The position numbers and the translations under genes were made by a program. A model generated the notes under the pieces. The model was not told where the DNA came from and did not search any database. It saw nothing but the letters and a program-made list of their open reading frames with translations. This document shows positions 51,357-64,000 of a stretch of DNA of 64,000 nucleotides, piece after piece. Source of the DNA: Mobula birostris (Eukaryota); NCBI RefSeq assembly GCF_030028105.1, contig NC_092380.1, forward strand, positions 29,475,144-29,539,143, written 5' to 3'. The stretch's first letter is position 1. Each line of letters starts with the position of its first letter.

Positions 51357-52577
51357 CTCCAATATTTCAACAGTGAATAATAACTAACCTTTCCTTGCAG
51401 ATTTTCAGTTTAGAAATAACTATAATTGATGGTAATCAAGGTTTGCAATCCATCTGCCCGTTTTAATCCCGGGCGCTCTCTCACTACCCATTGTACTGTC
51501 ACGGAGCATTTTCTCTTTCTGTTATCAGCTTGTTTCGGTCTTCAAACATGCACACACAACCATACATAAAGTTTTTTGCTATTACTAATGCGGTTTATCG
51601 CCAACAGTTAGCTGTGCTGGAAACTTTCCTGAGTCTTATTTGTACTTGTGATTCAGTATAGGGTTCACGGTTTTTTCACATCGCAATCTCGGCCCTGATG
51701 GTACGTTATGAACAGCGAACTGTCCACAGCTGATGCGTTTTAAATTAAAACAAAATCCTGTCCTGTTCTATGTTTCCGTATTTGTACTGATCGATGATTA
51801 AAATGAAAATTGAATTCAGTCACTCTCATATCGGAATACTGTACTAACATTCGGCGACTCTGCTGGTTGTTAATGTGAATTAATTGTGGGTTTTTTTGTT
51901 ATTTTGCACATTGGTTGTAGTCAGTCTTTGTTGGGTGGTTTACGTGCCTTTGTTTTGTGGGTATCTGCAAGAAGAATTTCAAGATTGTGTATAGTGTACA
52001 TAATTTGGTAATTTTACTTTGAAACATTACTTCGATCGCAGGAAAGAAGTTCAGGGTTGTAAGTGGTGACACGGATGTACTCTGATAATAAATTTTACTT
52101 ACATTTTAATTCAGTCTATTATAAGTGGATCAGGATCGTGGAATCCTTCTCACAAATATATGTACATAAAAATTTATGTTCGGACTGTTATATAGTTATT
52201 TTCCTCCTGGGTGACTTTACAAATTTTGCAATTTTAGTGCTGCGGCAGTTAGTTTTGGCGCTTCTCCTGTTGCCTGTTCATTGGCGAATAAGGATGTCCT
52301 CTGAAAACTGGGAAATCCCTAATGAGATTAGGCAATTTACCGCCAATCAAGCACCACTCTGCAGTCATCCAGAGGGCAGGATAAAAAACATTAATTTCCG
52401 ATAAATACGGAACTAGGACGGAAGCCAGGTTCAGAGAGAGCGCCCTGTCTGCAGATTAATATTGTTTTCAGGGGAGGAAAAGCACTTTAGACTGAGTTAA
52501 TTACGCTACGATTGACGCGCAGATAAAAAAACAGCCGGAGTCACCCCATTCTTTACCAGCCCTTTCCACAGACAATA

Positions 52578-52603
52578 TGGGTGGCTCTGAAAAGAGCCTT
52601 TGG
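52578..52603 (-). terminator. Histone stem-loop of H2A copy 3
   Basis: CCAAA-GGCTCTTTTCAGAGCC-ACCCA. Confidence 0.95.
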
Positions 52604-52626
52604 GTTTTTTAAACTGACGTTTCACT

Positions 52627-53028
<402 letters not shown>

Positions 53029-53328
53029 CTATACAAAAAATGAGAAAACTGTTCCGCATTCGCCCTTTTTATAGCTTCCAGAGGATTACGGAAGGGCACT
53101 TACGATTGGTGGTGCAGCACTTTCTCCAATTGGTGATTTGTAATAACCCAATCAGCGAGCTGTCCAATTCTCCAATCATCAGCCGACAGCAAGAGAAGCG
53201 CGCAAAATAACTGTCACTGTCCAAAAGGACCTGAAATTTGAAAAGCCCGCCAAGGAAAAATAGAATCTATTGTCCAAAAAAAATGCAATGCTCAATTTCT
53301 GTGTGAGCATAAACTGCCCATATAGTAC

Positions 53329-53620
53329 GTAGAACATAGAAAACCTTCTGCACAATACAGACCCTATGGCCCACAAAGCTGTGCCGGACATGTCCTTACC
53401 TTAGAACTACCTAGGCTTACAGATAGCCCTCTATTTTTCTAAGCTCCAGGAGTCTCTTAAAAGATCCTATCTTTAGCACCTCCACCACCGTCACCGGCAG
53501 CCCATTCCATGCGTAAGAACTCTCTGCGTAAAAAAAAACTTACCCCTGACATCTCCTCTGTACCTACTTCCAAGCACCTTAAAACCGTGCCGTCTCGTGT
53601 TAGCCATTTCAGCCCTGGGG
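53329..53620 (-). mobile_element. CR1 3' fragment, part of a ~630-bp insertion (to about 53960) unique to the H2A-3 upstream spacer
   Basis: Tail and sequence match 41055-41350. The other three copies run straight from ctgcc(c/t)acatggc to gca(c/t)ggaatgtgaattaat. Confidence 0.8.
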
Positions 53621-54589
53621 TGTTCCCTGATCTTGCTGTCCTCATCCATCTACCAGGGTGAACTTTTACCATCAAATAAATGTTCCCAAATAATTCAGAA
53701 TCATCCTTTATATAAAATACTTCGCAACATGGCTTTATTTAGTTAGGGACAGCTAAAGGAACATATTCACTTTACAAAGGGAGAGGGAGAAGCTAAAGGG
53801 GGAAAATGGACAGGGGGGAACAGTTACCACGAGTTTGAGCCTACGGAGCAAAATGGACAGTTGATATCTTGGATTGAGGGATGTACCCTGACCAGATGTG
53901 TTTCTCTAGCGCTTTTGTGTGTTGCTCCAAATTTCCAGCATCAGCAGTCTCTTGGCCTCTCTGCACGGAATGTGAATTAATTCTATCACAACTGTCTCTG
54001 GGAATGTGTCCCTCTTCACAAACCGTGAGTTTATTTGTTCTTATGCTGATTCAGGGCACTTGAGAGGCATTACTTCGTAACTCGAACATGAACAAAAAGC
54101 AAGCACACAAAATCCTATTCAACTTCATCCATTGTCATATACAATTATTTAAATGGTAAATGATTGCAGCATGCTGCTGTGCCAAAGAACTTGCGACTCA
54201 AGGTCACAGTGGTGTAACGGACCCTGTTCGGCTCTGAAAAAAGCTAGAAAGTCAATCCAGAAGGACTGGAGATTGGGAAACATTGGTATCCCTGCTGGTG
54301 ATACCCACACACCAGCAAAAGATTAAAACCATTCCCAGGAATGTCTAGTGCAGAGCAAGAATATTCAGCCCGCACGGGACAACACCGGTTGTTCAGACCA
54401 ACCCCTTCGTCAGCTCACAACCAAGTATGTTCAGACTTCCGGGTGTGGATCAGAATATAATCATTTTCACATTGCTGTTGTAAATAGCTCTGTCAGATCT
54501 GACATCTGCAGCCGCCACTGTTCCTAGAAGAGAAGCAATGATTCTCAGCGGCAGCTTCTCCTGCCTCAGCTTCCATCAGCCGTAGCAGT

Positions 54590-54765
54590 CTCCGGGCGGG
54601 TTGTGATTGACTATGACCAGATACCATGATTGGTCACTTCATACTTCCTTTCAAAGGGTTAGAAGAACGTAATAAATTCCATACTTCCAAACTAACCAAT
54701 CGGAAACGGTTTTACATGAATCCCTTATTAGCATAAGGCGGGGCCACACTGCCGATTTAATCCGC
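54590..54765 (+). promoter_or_regulatory. H2B copy 2 promoter with H2B-box variant CCTTATTAGCATAAG
   Basis: gggcggg at about 54594, gattgg at about 54627, ccaatc at about 54696, ccttattagcataag at 54723-54737, weak gatttaat at about 54754. Confidence 0.7.
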
Positions 54766-54811
54766 ACTCCGAGTGAGTTCCTCTATTTCTGGGTCGGTAC
54801 TGACTGAAAAA

Positions 54812-55177
54812 ATGCCTGATCAGCCCAAAGCTCCCAAGAAAGGCGCCAAGAAAGCCGTGTCCAAAGCCAAGGGCACCAAGAAGCGCAGAAGGTCGAGGAG
54901 GGAGACTTACTCCATCTACGTCTACAAGGTGATGAAGCAGGTTCACCCCGACACCGGCATCTCCTCCAAAGCCATGAGCATCATGAACTCGTTCGTGAAC
55001 GATATTTTCGAGCGCATCGCGGGCGAGGCTTCCCGTCTGGCCCATTACAACAAGCGGTCGANNNNNNNNNNNNNNNNNNNNNNNNNNNNNNNNNNNNNNN
55101 NNNNNNNNNNNNNNNNNNNNNNNNNNNNNNNNNNNNNNNNNNNNNNNNNNNNNNNNNNNNNNNNNNNNNNNNNNNNN
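54812..55177 (+). CDS. H2B: Histone H2B copy 2 (end inferred inside the N run)
   Basis: [64 protein letters not shown], then N at 55062-55192. Confidence 0.9.
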
Positions 55178-55192
55178 NNNNNNNNNNNNNNN
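55062..55192. other. 131-N run
   Basis: Direct count. Confidence 0.98.
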
Positions 55193-55209
55193 TGACTAAA
55201 CAAACGAAA

Positions 55210-55255
55210 ACAACGGCTCTTTTAAGAGCCACTCACTCTATCGCTGAAAGAGTTG
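55210..55255 (+). terminator. Histone stem-loop and downstream element of H2B copy 2
   Basis: GGCTCTTTTAAGAGCC at 55215-55230, then ACTCA and GAAAGAGTTG. Confidence 0.93.
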
Positions 55256-56411
55256 CTCCAATATTTCAGCAGTGAATAATAACTAACCTTCCTTGCAGAT
55301 TTTCGGTTTAGAAGTAATTATAATTTATAGCGATCAAGGTTTGCAATCCATCTGCCCGTTTTAATCCCGGGATCTCTCCCACTACCCATTGTACTGTCAC
55401 GGAGCATTTTCCCTTTCTGTTATCAGCCTGTTTCGGTTTTCAGACACGCACACAAACCTTTACACAAAGTGCATCGTCGTAAGGTAGATATTTGCCGTTA
55501 CTGATGCGGTTTATCGGCAACAGTTGGCTGTGCTGGGACTGTCCTGAGTCACATCGCAATCCCGGCTCTGATCGTACTTCGTGAACAGCGAACCGTCCAT
55601 AACCTCACGCGTTTTAAATTAAAACAAAATCCTGTCATGTTCTATGATTCAGTATTTGTGCCAATCGGTAATTAAAAGGAAAATTGAATTCACAGTTACT
55701 CTCATATCGGAGAATTAGCTTAAGACGACTCTGCGGGTCGCGTTCTATTAATTATTTGTTTTTTTTAATTATTTGCGCGATTTCTCCTCTTGCGGATTGG
55801 TCGTTCATCGGTCTTTGTTATGTGTGTTTTTTTCGTGGATTCAATTGTCTTTGTTTTGTGGGTTTCTGCAAGAATTTCAAGGCTGTATATTGTCTACACA
55901 GTTTGATAATTTTACTTTGAACACTAAACTTAATTCACACAGTCTATTATAAATGGATCGGATCATGTGGCCACATTCACAAATCGTATAATACAAATAC
56001 ACTTTCGGACTGTTCTAGAAATCAGCTTTCTCTTGGCGAACGTTACAAATTTCACAATTTTAGTGGTCTGGCCGTTAGTTTTGGCGCTTGTCTTGTTCCC
56101 TGTTCATTGGGCGCTCTCTGATCGGCCATTTCCGCTGAGAATTAGGAAATCCCTAATCAAATTTGGCAATTTAATACCAATCAAGCACCGCTCTGCAGTC
56201 ATCCAGAAGGCAGAGGCGACAGCGGGAAAAAACTATTAATTTTCGATAAAATTGGGTACTGGGATGGAAGGGGTAGAGAGAAAGAGCGAGAGCGCTCTGT
56301 GCGCAAATAAATGTAGTTATTTTGGGGGAAGGAAAAGCGCTTTAGCCTGAGACTTTAATACGGAAACAGCCGAGTCACCCCAGTCTTTATCAGCCCTTTC
56401 CGTAGACAATA

Positions 56412-56437
56412 TGGGTGGCTCTGAAAAGAGCCTTTGG
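56412..56437 (-). terminator. Histone stem-loop of H2A copy 4
   Basis: CCAAA-GGCTCTTTTCAGAGCC-ACCCA. Confidence 0.95.
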
Positions 56438-56461
56438 GTTTTTTAAACTAACACTTCACCC

Positions 56462-56935
<474 letters not shown>

Positions 56936-58824
56936 TTACGATTGGTGCTGCAGCGCTTTCTCCAATTGGTGATTTGGAAAAACCCAATCAGCGAGCTGTC
57001 CAATTCTCCAATCATCAGACGGCGCAGCGAGAGAAGCGCGCAAAATAACTGTCACTATCCAAAAGTACCTGACATTTGAAAAGCCCGCCAAGGAAAATAT
57101 AATATTAAACTATCGTCCAAAAAAAAGCAATTAGCAATATCTGAGTGCGCATAGACTGCCCACATGGCTAGTCATTTCCTGTCCGCACGGAATGTGAATT
57201 AATTCTATCATAACTGTCTCTGGGAATGTATCCCTCTTTGTGAAAACACATCACATTATTGAAGGGTCTTCACAAGCTGTGGTGGAAGCACAAAAACAGC
57301 CATATGAGAGTTAATTTATTCTTATACAGATTCAGGGCGCTTAGGAAACAGTATAGTGGAGTAATTGAGAGGTAATTACTTCATAACTCAGACAAGCTCA
57401 CAAAGACCCTGTTCAACTTCATCCATTGTCAATAGAAGGTTTAGTGGGAGATTTGTTTGAAGATGGAGGCAAACTAACAGCGAAGTGGAAGGGGTGTGCA
57501 GGAACACTAGAATTTCACCAGGCCGGGGTGGGGGGGGGGCTAATTGTTATCAACATAATCCTTATAAATAGGTCTTCTAAATATACTATAACAGACAGCA
57601 ACAAACTCAGTGGATCAAATTATAAGCATGTTTATTACTTGCAAGGGAAGTCTGCCTCTATATGTTGGGTCATAGGTAGGTAGCTTCAATCTTACGACTC
57701 AAAACAGATTTTTATACATTTACAGAGTCCAGTAATTTATCAATTTCATGTGTTTGAGGTCATTCCATCCCTTATTTGCATTCCTGCCCCATCTCAACTC
57801 CGTTTTTCAGTCTGAGATCACACAGGTGCCATTTTGTCACATTAGAAAGTTATAATTTCATAAAGACGTCAGAGTTACAGACATAGTTCAACAACACAGA
57901 TCTTCACAGCAGTCAGCACTGTTTTGTGCCCTTACAGTACTTTACAACAGCCAGCAACATACTTCAATGAAACACAGATGGCACTGTACTGTAAGGACAC
58001 AGATTTCTACGACAGCAGCATACTGTAAGGACACATACATATACAACCAGTTGTACAAAAAGGTGAAAATCTAAAATTAAATATGCAGACACTGCAAGAC
58101 AGGATGGTGGCTAATGTTGTATTCTTATCTAAGAGCTGCATCAGCAAGGCAGGGAACTACAGGCCAGTGAATCTAACAAAAGCGTTACAAAATATTCTTG
58201 CTGGAAGGGTGGTAGTGGAAGCTTATTATTCAGAATGGAGACCTCTAACCAGTGGGTCATAGGGATCGGTGTCATCTGTCAACTACATTATCAATTTGTC
58301 TGACAACGTTGTTATCATTGTTAGTGAGTTTGACAATGACAGCAACATTGGTGAAGTGGTCAGTGAATATTGTTTAAGTTTACAATGGGAGTGAGCTGAA
58401 TTGGGGGATTAGACAAAAGAATGGCAGATGGATGTTAACGTGGACAAGTATGAGGTGTTGCGTGATGACAGGGAAGGACTATGGAGAGTGTTGCAGAACA
58501 GAAAAACCAAGGTACATTGTTAACTGAAAGTGATGGCATTGGTTATCAGAATGGTGAAGGCAGATGTTTGACCTGCTGCCTTCATTGGTGAAGACATTGA
58601 TTACAGTATAGTTGGGACATCCTGTCGCAACTGTACAAGTTGAGGTGATACCGCAATATATTGTTCACAGTTCTGGTCACCCAGCTCCAAGAAGAATGTC
58701 ATTAATTTGCAAAGGGTGCAGAGAAGATACACGGAGATATCATTGGCTTGGAGGGTTTGAATTATCAGCAGAAGCTTGGCCAGGCTGGGACACCTTTATT
58801 AACCCTAGAGAGCAGGAAGGTATA

Positions 58825-59143
58825 AATAAAGGCATCTGTTAGTCTTGCGAGACCATGGATTTGCGCCTGGAAAGTCTTCACTCTCCAGGGCGCAGGCCTG
58901 GGCAAGGTTGTATGGAAGACCAGCAGCTGCCTATGCTGCAAGTCTCCCCTCTCCACGACACCAGTGTTGTCTAAGGGAAGGGCATTAGGACCCATACGGC
59001 TTGGCACCAGTGTTGTTGCAGAGCAATGGGTGATTAAGTGCCTTGCTCAAGGACACAACACGTTGCCTCGGCTGGGACTCGAACTCACGACCTTCAGGTC
59101 GCCAGTCCAATGTCTTAACCACTTGGCCACGTGCCCACTAGGA
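58825..59143 (-). mobile_element. tRNA-derived SINE with CORE-like domain and bipartite RTE-derived body/tail
   Basis: A box TGGCCAAGTGG, B box GAGTTCGAGTC, then TGTGTCCTTGAGCAAGGCACTTAA. 58881-59020 matches RTE 23021-23160 and 58831-58878 matches RTE 19523-19570. 11-bp TSD AGGAAGGTATA (58814-58824 / 59144-59154). Confidence 0.9.
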
Positions 59144-59679
59144 AGGAAGGTATAGAGGTTTATAAAATAATGAGGTGAATAGATTACATGGATGGTCATA
59201 GACTTTTTCCCAGGATAGGGAATCTAAAACAACTTTAAGGTGAAGGGGAAAGACTTATAAGCAACATTTTCATAAAGAGGCCAAAGATATATCCAACAAG
59301 GACGTTGTCAATGAGAGTACAATTACCACATTTAAAAGATATTTGGCTTTCCCCGAGCACAACAAATGATAAGAAGGAATGTAAAATAGTGGTGGGGTGT
59401 GTTGTACCGTTGTTTAAGCAGACCATCACAGCAGTAATGAGGTCGGGACTTTACGAGGTCATGTAGGTAGGGCTTAGAAATCAAACAAGGGACAATAATT
59501 TTGCTGGGATTATACTGCAGGACTTCCAACATTTGGTGGGAGATTGAGGAGCATGTATGTTGGTAAATCACATGGAGGTGTAATGGGAACAGAGTTGCAG
59601 TGGTTCAACTTCCACAATATTAACCAAATCGTTTCCAACTGTTGTGAAGGTCTGTGTCCTTACAGTATGGTGCTGGCCG

Positions 59680-59931
59680 TTTATTTATATTAATTTGGCA
59701 ATACAGCACAGTTACAGGCCCTTCCAGCCCAATGAGCCCACGCCACCCAATTACACCTTTGTGACCAATTAACCTACTAACCTGGCTTTCTGTCTTTGCA
59801 ATGTGGGAGAAAGCTGGAGCACCTGGAGGAAACCCACGTTGTACAAACTCCTCAGGGACAGTGGCGGAAACTGAACCCAGGTCACTGTTGCTGTATTAGC
59901 TTTGTGCTAACCACTATGCTACTGTGCTGCC
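59680..59931 (-). mobile_element. V-SINE (HE1-like), degenerate
   Basis: tRNA-like head ggcagcacagtagcatagtggttagcac, V-domain-like gtgggtttcctccaggtgctccagctttctcccaca, CR1-like tail gaagggcctgtaactgtgctgta. Confidence 0.75.
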
Positions 59932-59934
59932 ATT

Positions 59935-60990
59935 GTGGAGGGTATTAGATGGTATTTGAAAGGATCTGGCAAGTGTTGATTGGGATAGGTTGTTTTCTGG
60001 CAAAGGGATGCTTGTTAAGTGGGAGGCCTTCAAAAGTGAAATTTTGAGAGTGCAGAATGTGTCAAAACAAACAGCAAGGCTGACATGTTTCAGGAACTTT
60101 AGCTTTCAAGACAGAGGGCCTGGTTAAGAAGAAGCCGCAGATGCAAAGCAAGTACAGGCAGGTAGAAACAAACAAGGGTTATTCGCTTGGCACTCAATAT
60201 GAATTGGATTCGACATTGGATTGTGCGAGAAACCAGAGAGTGGTAGTAGATGGTTGCCTCTCTGACTGGAGGCCTGGGTCCATTGTTTTCCATCTATATC
60301 AACAATGCGGATGATAATGTGGTAAACTGGATCAACAAAATTGCAGGTGAAACCAGTGTTGAAGGTGTAGTGGACAGAAAGGAAGCCCATCAAAGCTTGC
60401 AGCGGGATCTGGACAAGTTAGAGAACTGGGCTGAATAATGGCAGATAGAATTTAATGCAGACAAGTGAGAGGTGTTGCACTTTAGGAGGACAAACCAAGA
60501 TAGGACTTGCACGATGAATGATAGGGCATTGAGGAATTTGGTAGAAGAGGGATCTGGGAACATAGATCCATAATTCCTCGAAAGTGGGGTCACAGGTAGA
60601 TGGAATTGTAAAGAGAGCTTTTGGCACATAGGCCTTCATAAAGCAAAGTATTGAGTACAGGATATGGGATGTTATTTTGAAGTTATATAAGATGTTAGTG
60701 AGGTCTGAATCTAGAGTATTGTGTACACTTCTGGTACCTACGTACAGGAAAAATACCCACTAAGATTGCATGGGTACAGAGAAAATTTACAAGAATGTTG
60801 CCAAAACCCGAGGACTTAAGTTACAGGGAAAAGTTGAATAGGTTAGCACTTGATTTCCAGGAACATAGGAGAATGAGAGGAGATTTGATAGGGGTATGCA
60901 AAACTATGAGGCGTATAGATAGGGTAAATGCAAGCAGGCATTTCCACTGAGTTTGCATGAAACTAGAGCTAGAGGTCAGAGGTTAAGGGT
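59935..60990 (+). mobile_element. Degenerate CR1 ORF2 fragments
   Basis: LGPLFSIYIN..LQRDLDKLENWAE and gagaatgagaggagatttgatag. An older CR1 piece also occupies about 58090-59350. Confidence 0.7.
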
Positions 60991-61579
60991 GAGTACGGGG
61001 TCTTTTTTTTTTGTTAAATTTAAAATGGCTTCTCTTGTTATGTTATACTGAGGAATGTTGAGAAAGTCTCTAACTAGACATTTGCTTGGGTTATTATAGA
61101 TAGCAGGGTGCTATTAACCAATGGGTGGTCATGTATCGTTTTGTTTTTGGATACAATGCTGTATCATATGACTGGGAACGGGGTTTTTGGCGGGGAGTCG
61201 GAGGAGAGACAAGGAGGACGGCGGATGTGCAGAGAGGCTCCGGTCGATCACGTCAGGTGGTCCCGAGCCGTGAGTTGACAGGATTCGGGTGGTCGTCCGG
61301 ATTCGATTGAGCTCCAACGGTTGCGCGCAAAGAACTTGGACTTTGATAAGTGCTGGCGCCTTTTTTTTCATTATTTTCCTCTCTGTATCAAGTTTATATT
61401 AATGTCATAGAATTAGTAATATCTATAAAGTGTATTTGTTAAAATTTACTGGGTGTGCTGGCTGATGATTGAGGTTTGGACTTGATTCGGGCTGCGACTG
61501 ACCCTGTGGGGAGCGCTGAGGCAGATGCTGGGTGGGATTTCCCCTAGACATATACGAGCCAATATAACGGAACGTTACA
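60990..61579 (+). mobile_element. 5' LTR of a Gypsy element (left edge approximate)
   Basis: Interrupts CR1; ends ...CGTTACA directly before a primer-binding site. Confidence 0.65.
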
Positions 61580-61581
61580 AG

Positions 61582-61601
61582 TGGGGGCTACCGTCCTGGA
61601 T
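61582..61601 (+). promoter_or_regulatory. Primer-binding site, tRNA-Pro type
   Basis: TGGGGGCTacCGTCCtGGAT versus the complement of the tRNA-Pro 3' end, TGGGGGCTCGTCCGGGAT. Confidence 0.7.
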
Positions 61602-61650
61602 TTGGATTTTCGGTAAAGTGGTAATAGTCGTCGCGTTAAGTGGTGCGAAG

Positions 61651-64000
61651 ATGGATGGAGATAAGATTGTAAGTTGGTGTGAATTGGAGGAGGTACCGGT
61701 GAATCATGCGTGTGTGTTAAGTGGGGTTGATTATCGCATTCCGGCAGATGTACTGGTGCGAGGGTTGAGTTTGATTAAAAGTATACAGGGCCCAGTTTGA
61801 GGTGAGAACTGACAACAACCCCCTCACTTATATCCTGACCTCAGCAAAGCTGGACGCTACTGGGCACCGGTGGTTAGCAGCCTTGTCTCCCTATGAGTTC
61901 AGCCTGAAGTACCGCCCGGGGAGTCGGAACATCGATGCAGATGCCCTGTCTCGTCGGGCGCACGACGAGTCGGGCACGGCCAAGGAGTGGAAGAGTGTCC
62001 CTGCCCCGGGAGTAAAGGCCGTGTGTCAAGTTGGGAGCGACGGGGAAGTAAGAGCCCAGATGGGAACAGATCAGGCAGTAGATCAATTGGGGGTTGACGA
62101 TGATGCGCTGCCCACTGTTTACTGTAATGTGACTGCTCTGAGGAACAGGCAGCTGCCGGAGTTGAGTCCCCAGGAAGTAAAGGCGGCTCAGCGTGATGAC
62201 CCAAGCCTTGGCACTATCTGGTACGCGGTTAGCCAGGGTGATATGGGGCAGGTGGAGAAGGCGAAACATGCCTCCGTTCCCCTACTACTGAAGGAGTGGC
62301 CTCGGTTGAAGCTGAAGAACCACGTCTTGTACCGGGTCACGTCGCCTCCGGACCACCCCAGGCGCTGGCAGCTGGTCATGCCTGAGAAGTATCGGAAGAC
62401 TGTGCTCCAGGCACTACATGATGATTCGGGGCACTTAGGGGTAGAGAAGACCTATGGATTAGTCAAGGACCGGTTTTACTGGCCCTGGATGAGGGGGGAG
62501 GTGGAAGAATACTGTAAGACCTGTAGTCGTTGCGTCAGGAGGAAGACCTTGCCTGCGCAGGCGGCCCCGTTATCCCACTTGCAGAGTGCGGGACCCATGG
62601 ACCTGGTGTGTATGGATTTCTATTGTCTATTGAGCCAGACACCAGCAACACCGCCAATGTCTTGGTCCTCACGGATCACTACACTAGATATGTGCAGGCT
62701 TTTCCTACTAAGGATCAGAAAGCGACTACAGTGGCGAAGGTGTTACGGGAGAAGTACTTTGTTCATTATAGCCTTCCCCAGTGGATCCATAGTGATCAGG
62801 GACGGGACTTCGAGAGCAGGCTTATCCATGAATTACTGGGTATCCTTGGGGTTGAGAAATCCAGAACCACCCCCCATCACCCGCAGGGTGATCCTCAGCC
62901 CGGGAGGTTTAACCGGACCCTGCTGGACATGCTCGGCGCTTTGGAGATTGGACAGAAGAGTAAGTGGAGTCGGCGCATTGCCCATTTGGTTCATTGTTAC
63001 AATTGTACTCGCAATGATGCTACGGGGTACTCGCCCTACTATCTGATGTTGGGACAGGAAGCGAGGTTGCCCATTGATCTGTGTTTTGGGACTGAAGCGG
63101 GTGAAATACCTGCGAAGCCATGTCTGAAGTACGTGTCCGATATAAGGAGAGAATTGAAAAGGGCGTACGAGTTGGCTGAGGCGGCAGCCACCAAGCAGAA
63201 CCAGCGGAATAAGAAGAGGTACGATCAGAAAGTAAAGTTCGTCCAGCTATTGCCAGGAGACCGAGTCCTTACCCAGAATTTAGGACTAACTGGTAAGCAC
63301 AAGTTGGCAGACCATTGGGCAGCCACCCCCTATGTGGTGGAGAGTCAGATGCCGAATCTCCCTGTTTTCCGGGTGAGACCCAAGGATGGGAAGGGGCCTG
63401 TCAAGGTATTCCATCAGAACCACCTGTTACCTCTGGGTCGAGAGGTGAAGGTAGACCCAGAGCCCGAATGGGAGTTTATGCCTAGTACGAGGACTCTGCG
63501 AGGGCGCGGGACGAGGGAAGAGCCCACTGCGAAGGAGACAGGGCCGGTCCCCACCTCGAAAAGGGATACGTCATCGGAAGACGATGATTCGGACGTGTTT
63601 CCGTTCGCTGATTCCCCGGTGCCGGGAGAAGAGGCTCCTGGCCCTTCCTTCACTGAGTTAGGGTAACCGAGGAAGGGTGTTGCAGAGCCGCCTGTATTAC
63701 AGCCGGAATTGGGGGAGGGGAAGGTGGAACCAGAACCTGAGGCAGAGGGCTCACAGGGGCTGAGGGATCCCGGTGAGGGGGAAGGTCCGACAGATAGGCC
63801 TGGGGGGTCACCTGGGGTGTCTGAACAGGGAGAGTCAGCAGAGGAAGTCCAGAGGCCTCAGAGGAGTAGACATCCCCTGGAGAGACTGATGTATACAGTG
63901 CCGGGAGAACAGGGTGTGATCTCTACTGCCCTGGAAAGTTATGTCACTGCTTTATACACCTGGGTTGGGTTTTGTGTTTTACAAGGAGCAATGGTGAACC
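61651..64000 (+). mobile_element. Internally deleted Ty3/Gypsy element: gag start fused to RNase H end, then integrase (frameshift near 62620); runs off the window
   Basis: MDGDKIVSWCELEEVPVNHACVLSG; VRTDNNPLTYILTSAKLDATGHRWLAAL..NIDADALSR; HHCC LHDDSGHLG..CKTCSRC; LVCMDF / TDHYTRY / IHSDQGRDFES / PQGD..GRFNRTL. Confidence 0.9.

Noticed and set aside
55328-55381. tRNA-like relic downstream of H2B (gttttaatcccggg)
   Set aside because: No valid A/B boxes or stems.
57580-58080. Possible additional LTR or unique element at the end of the last histone unit
   Set aside because: No TG..CA termini, TSD or coding similarity that I can support.
59060-59138. tRNA gene (also about 59860-59931)
   Set aside because: These are tRNA-like SINE heads joined to SINE bodies, with no complete cloverleaf.

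Overview
Eukaryotic, repeat-dense window, most likely from a cartilaginous fish. This is an inference from the mix of V-SINE/HE1-type SINEs and CR1, Rex1, Penelope and RTE elements. The only host genes form a replication-dependent histone cluster at 28.9-57 kb containing only H2A and H2B: four intact H2A genes (- strand), two H2B genes (+ strand, C-terminal part hidden by identical 131-N masks) and two H2B pseudogenes, in diverged tandem duplications. The six genes have 3' stem-loops, downstream elements and upstream CCAAT boxes. Both proteins have non-canonical tails, and they lack the usual compact shared divergent promoter. Most of the rest is nested retroelements: several CR1 LINEs (two largely complete), Rex1/Babar pieces, Penelope elements carrying minimal hammerhead motifs, an apparently full-length RTE LINE, SINEs, a solo LTR and two decayed Gypsy elements. 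The most interesting signals centre on the RTE element: a candidate HDV-like ribozyme exactly at its 5' boundary, a 13-bp 5'UTR/3'UTR complementarity, and a partner tRNA/CORE SINE 35 kb away that fuses those two segments into one hairpin. There is no CRISPR array, rRNA or bona fide tRNA gene. Repeat boundaries were read by eye and are approximate unless a target-site duplication (TSD) is given.
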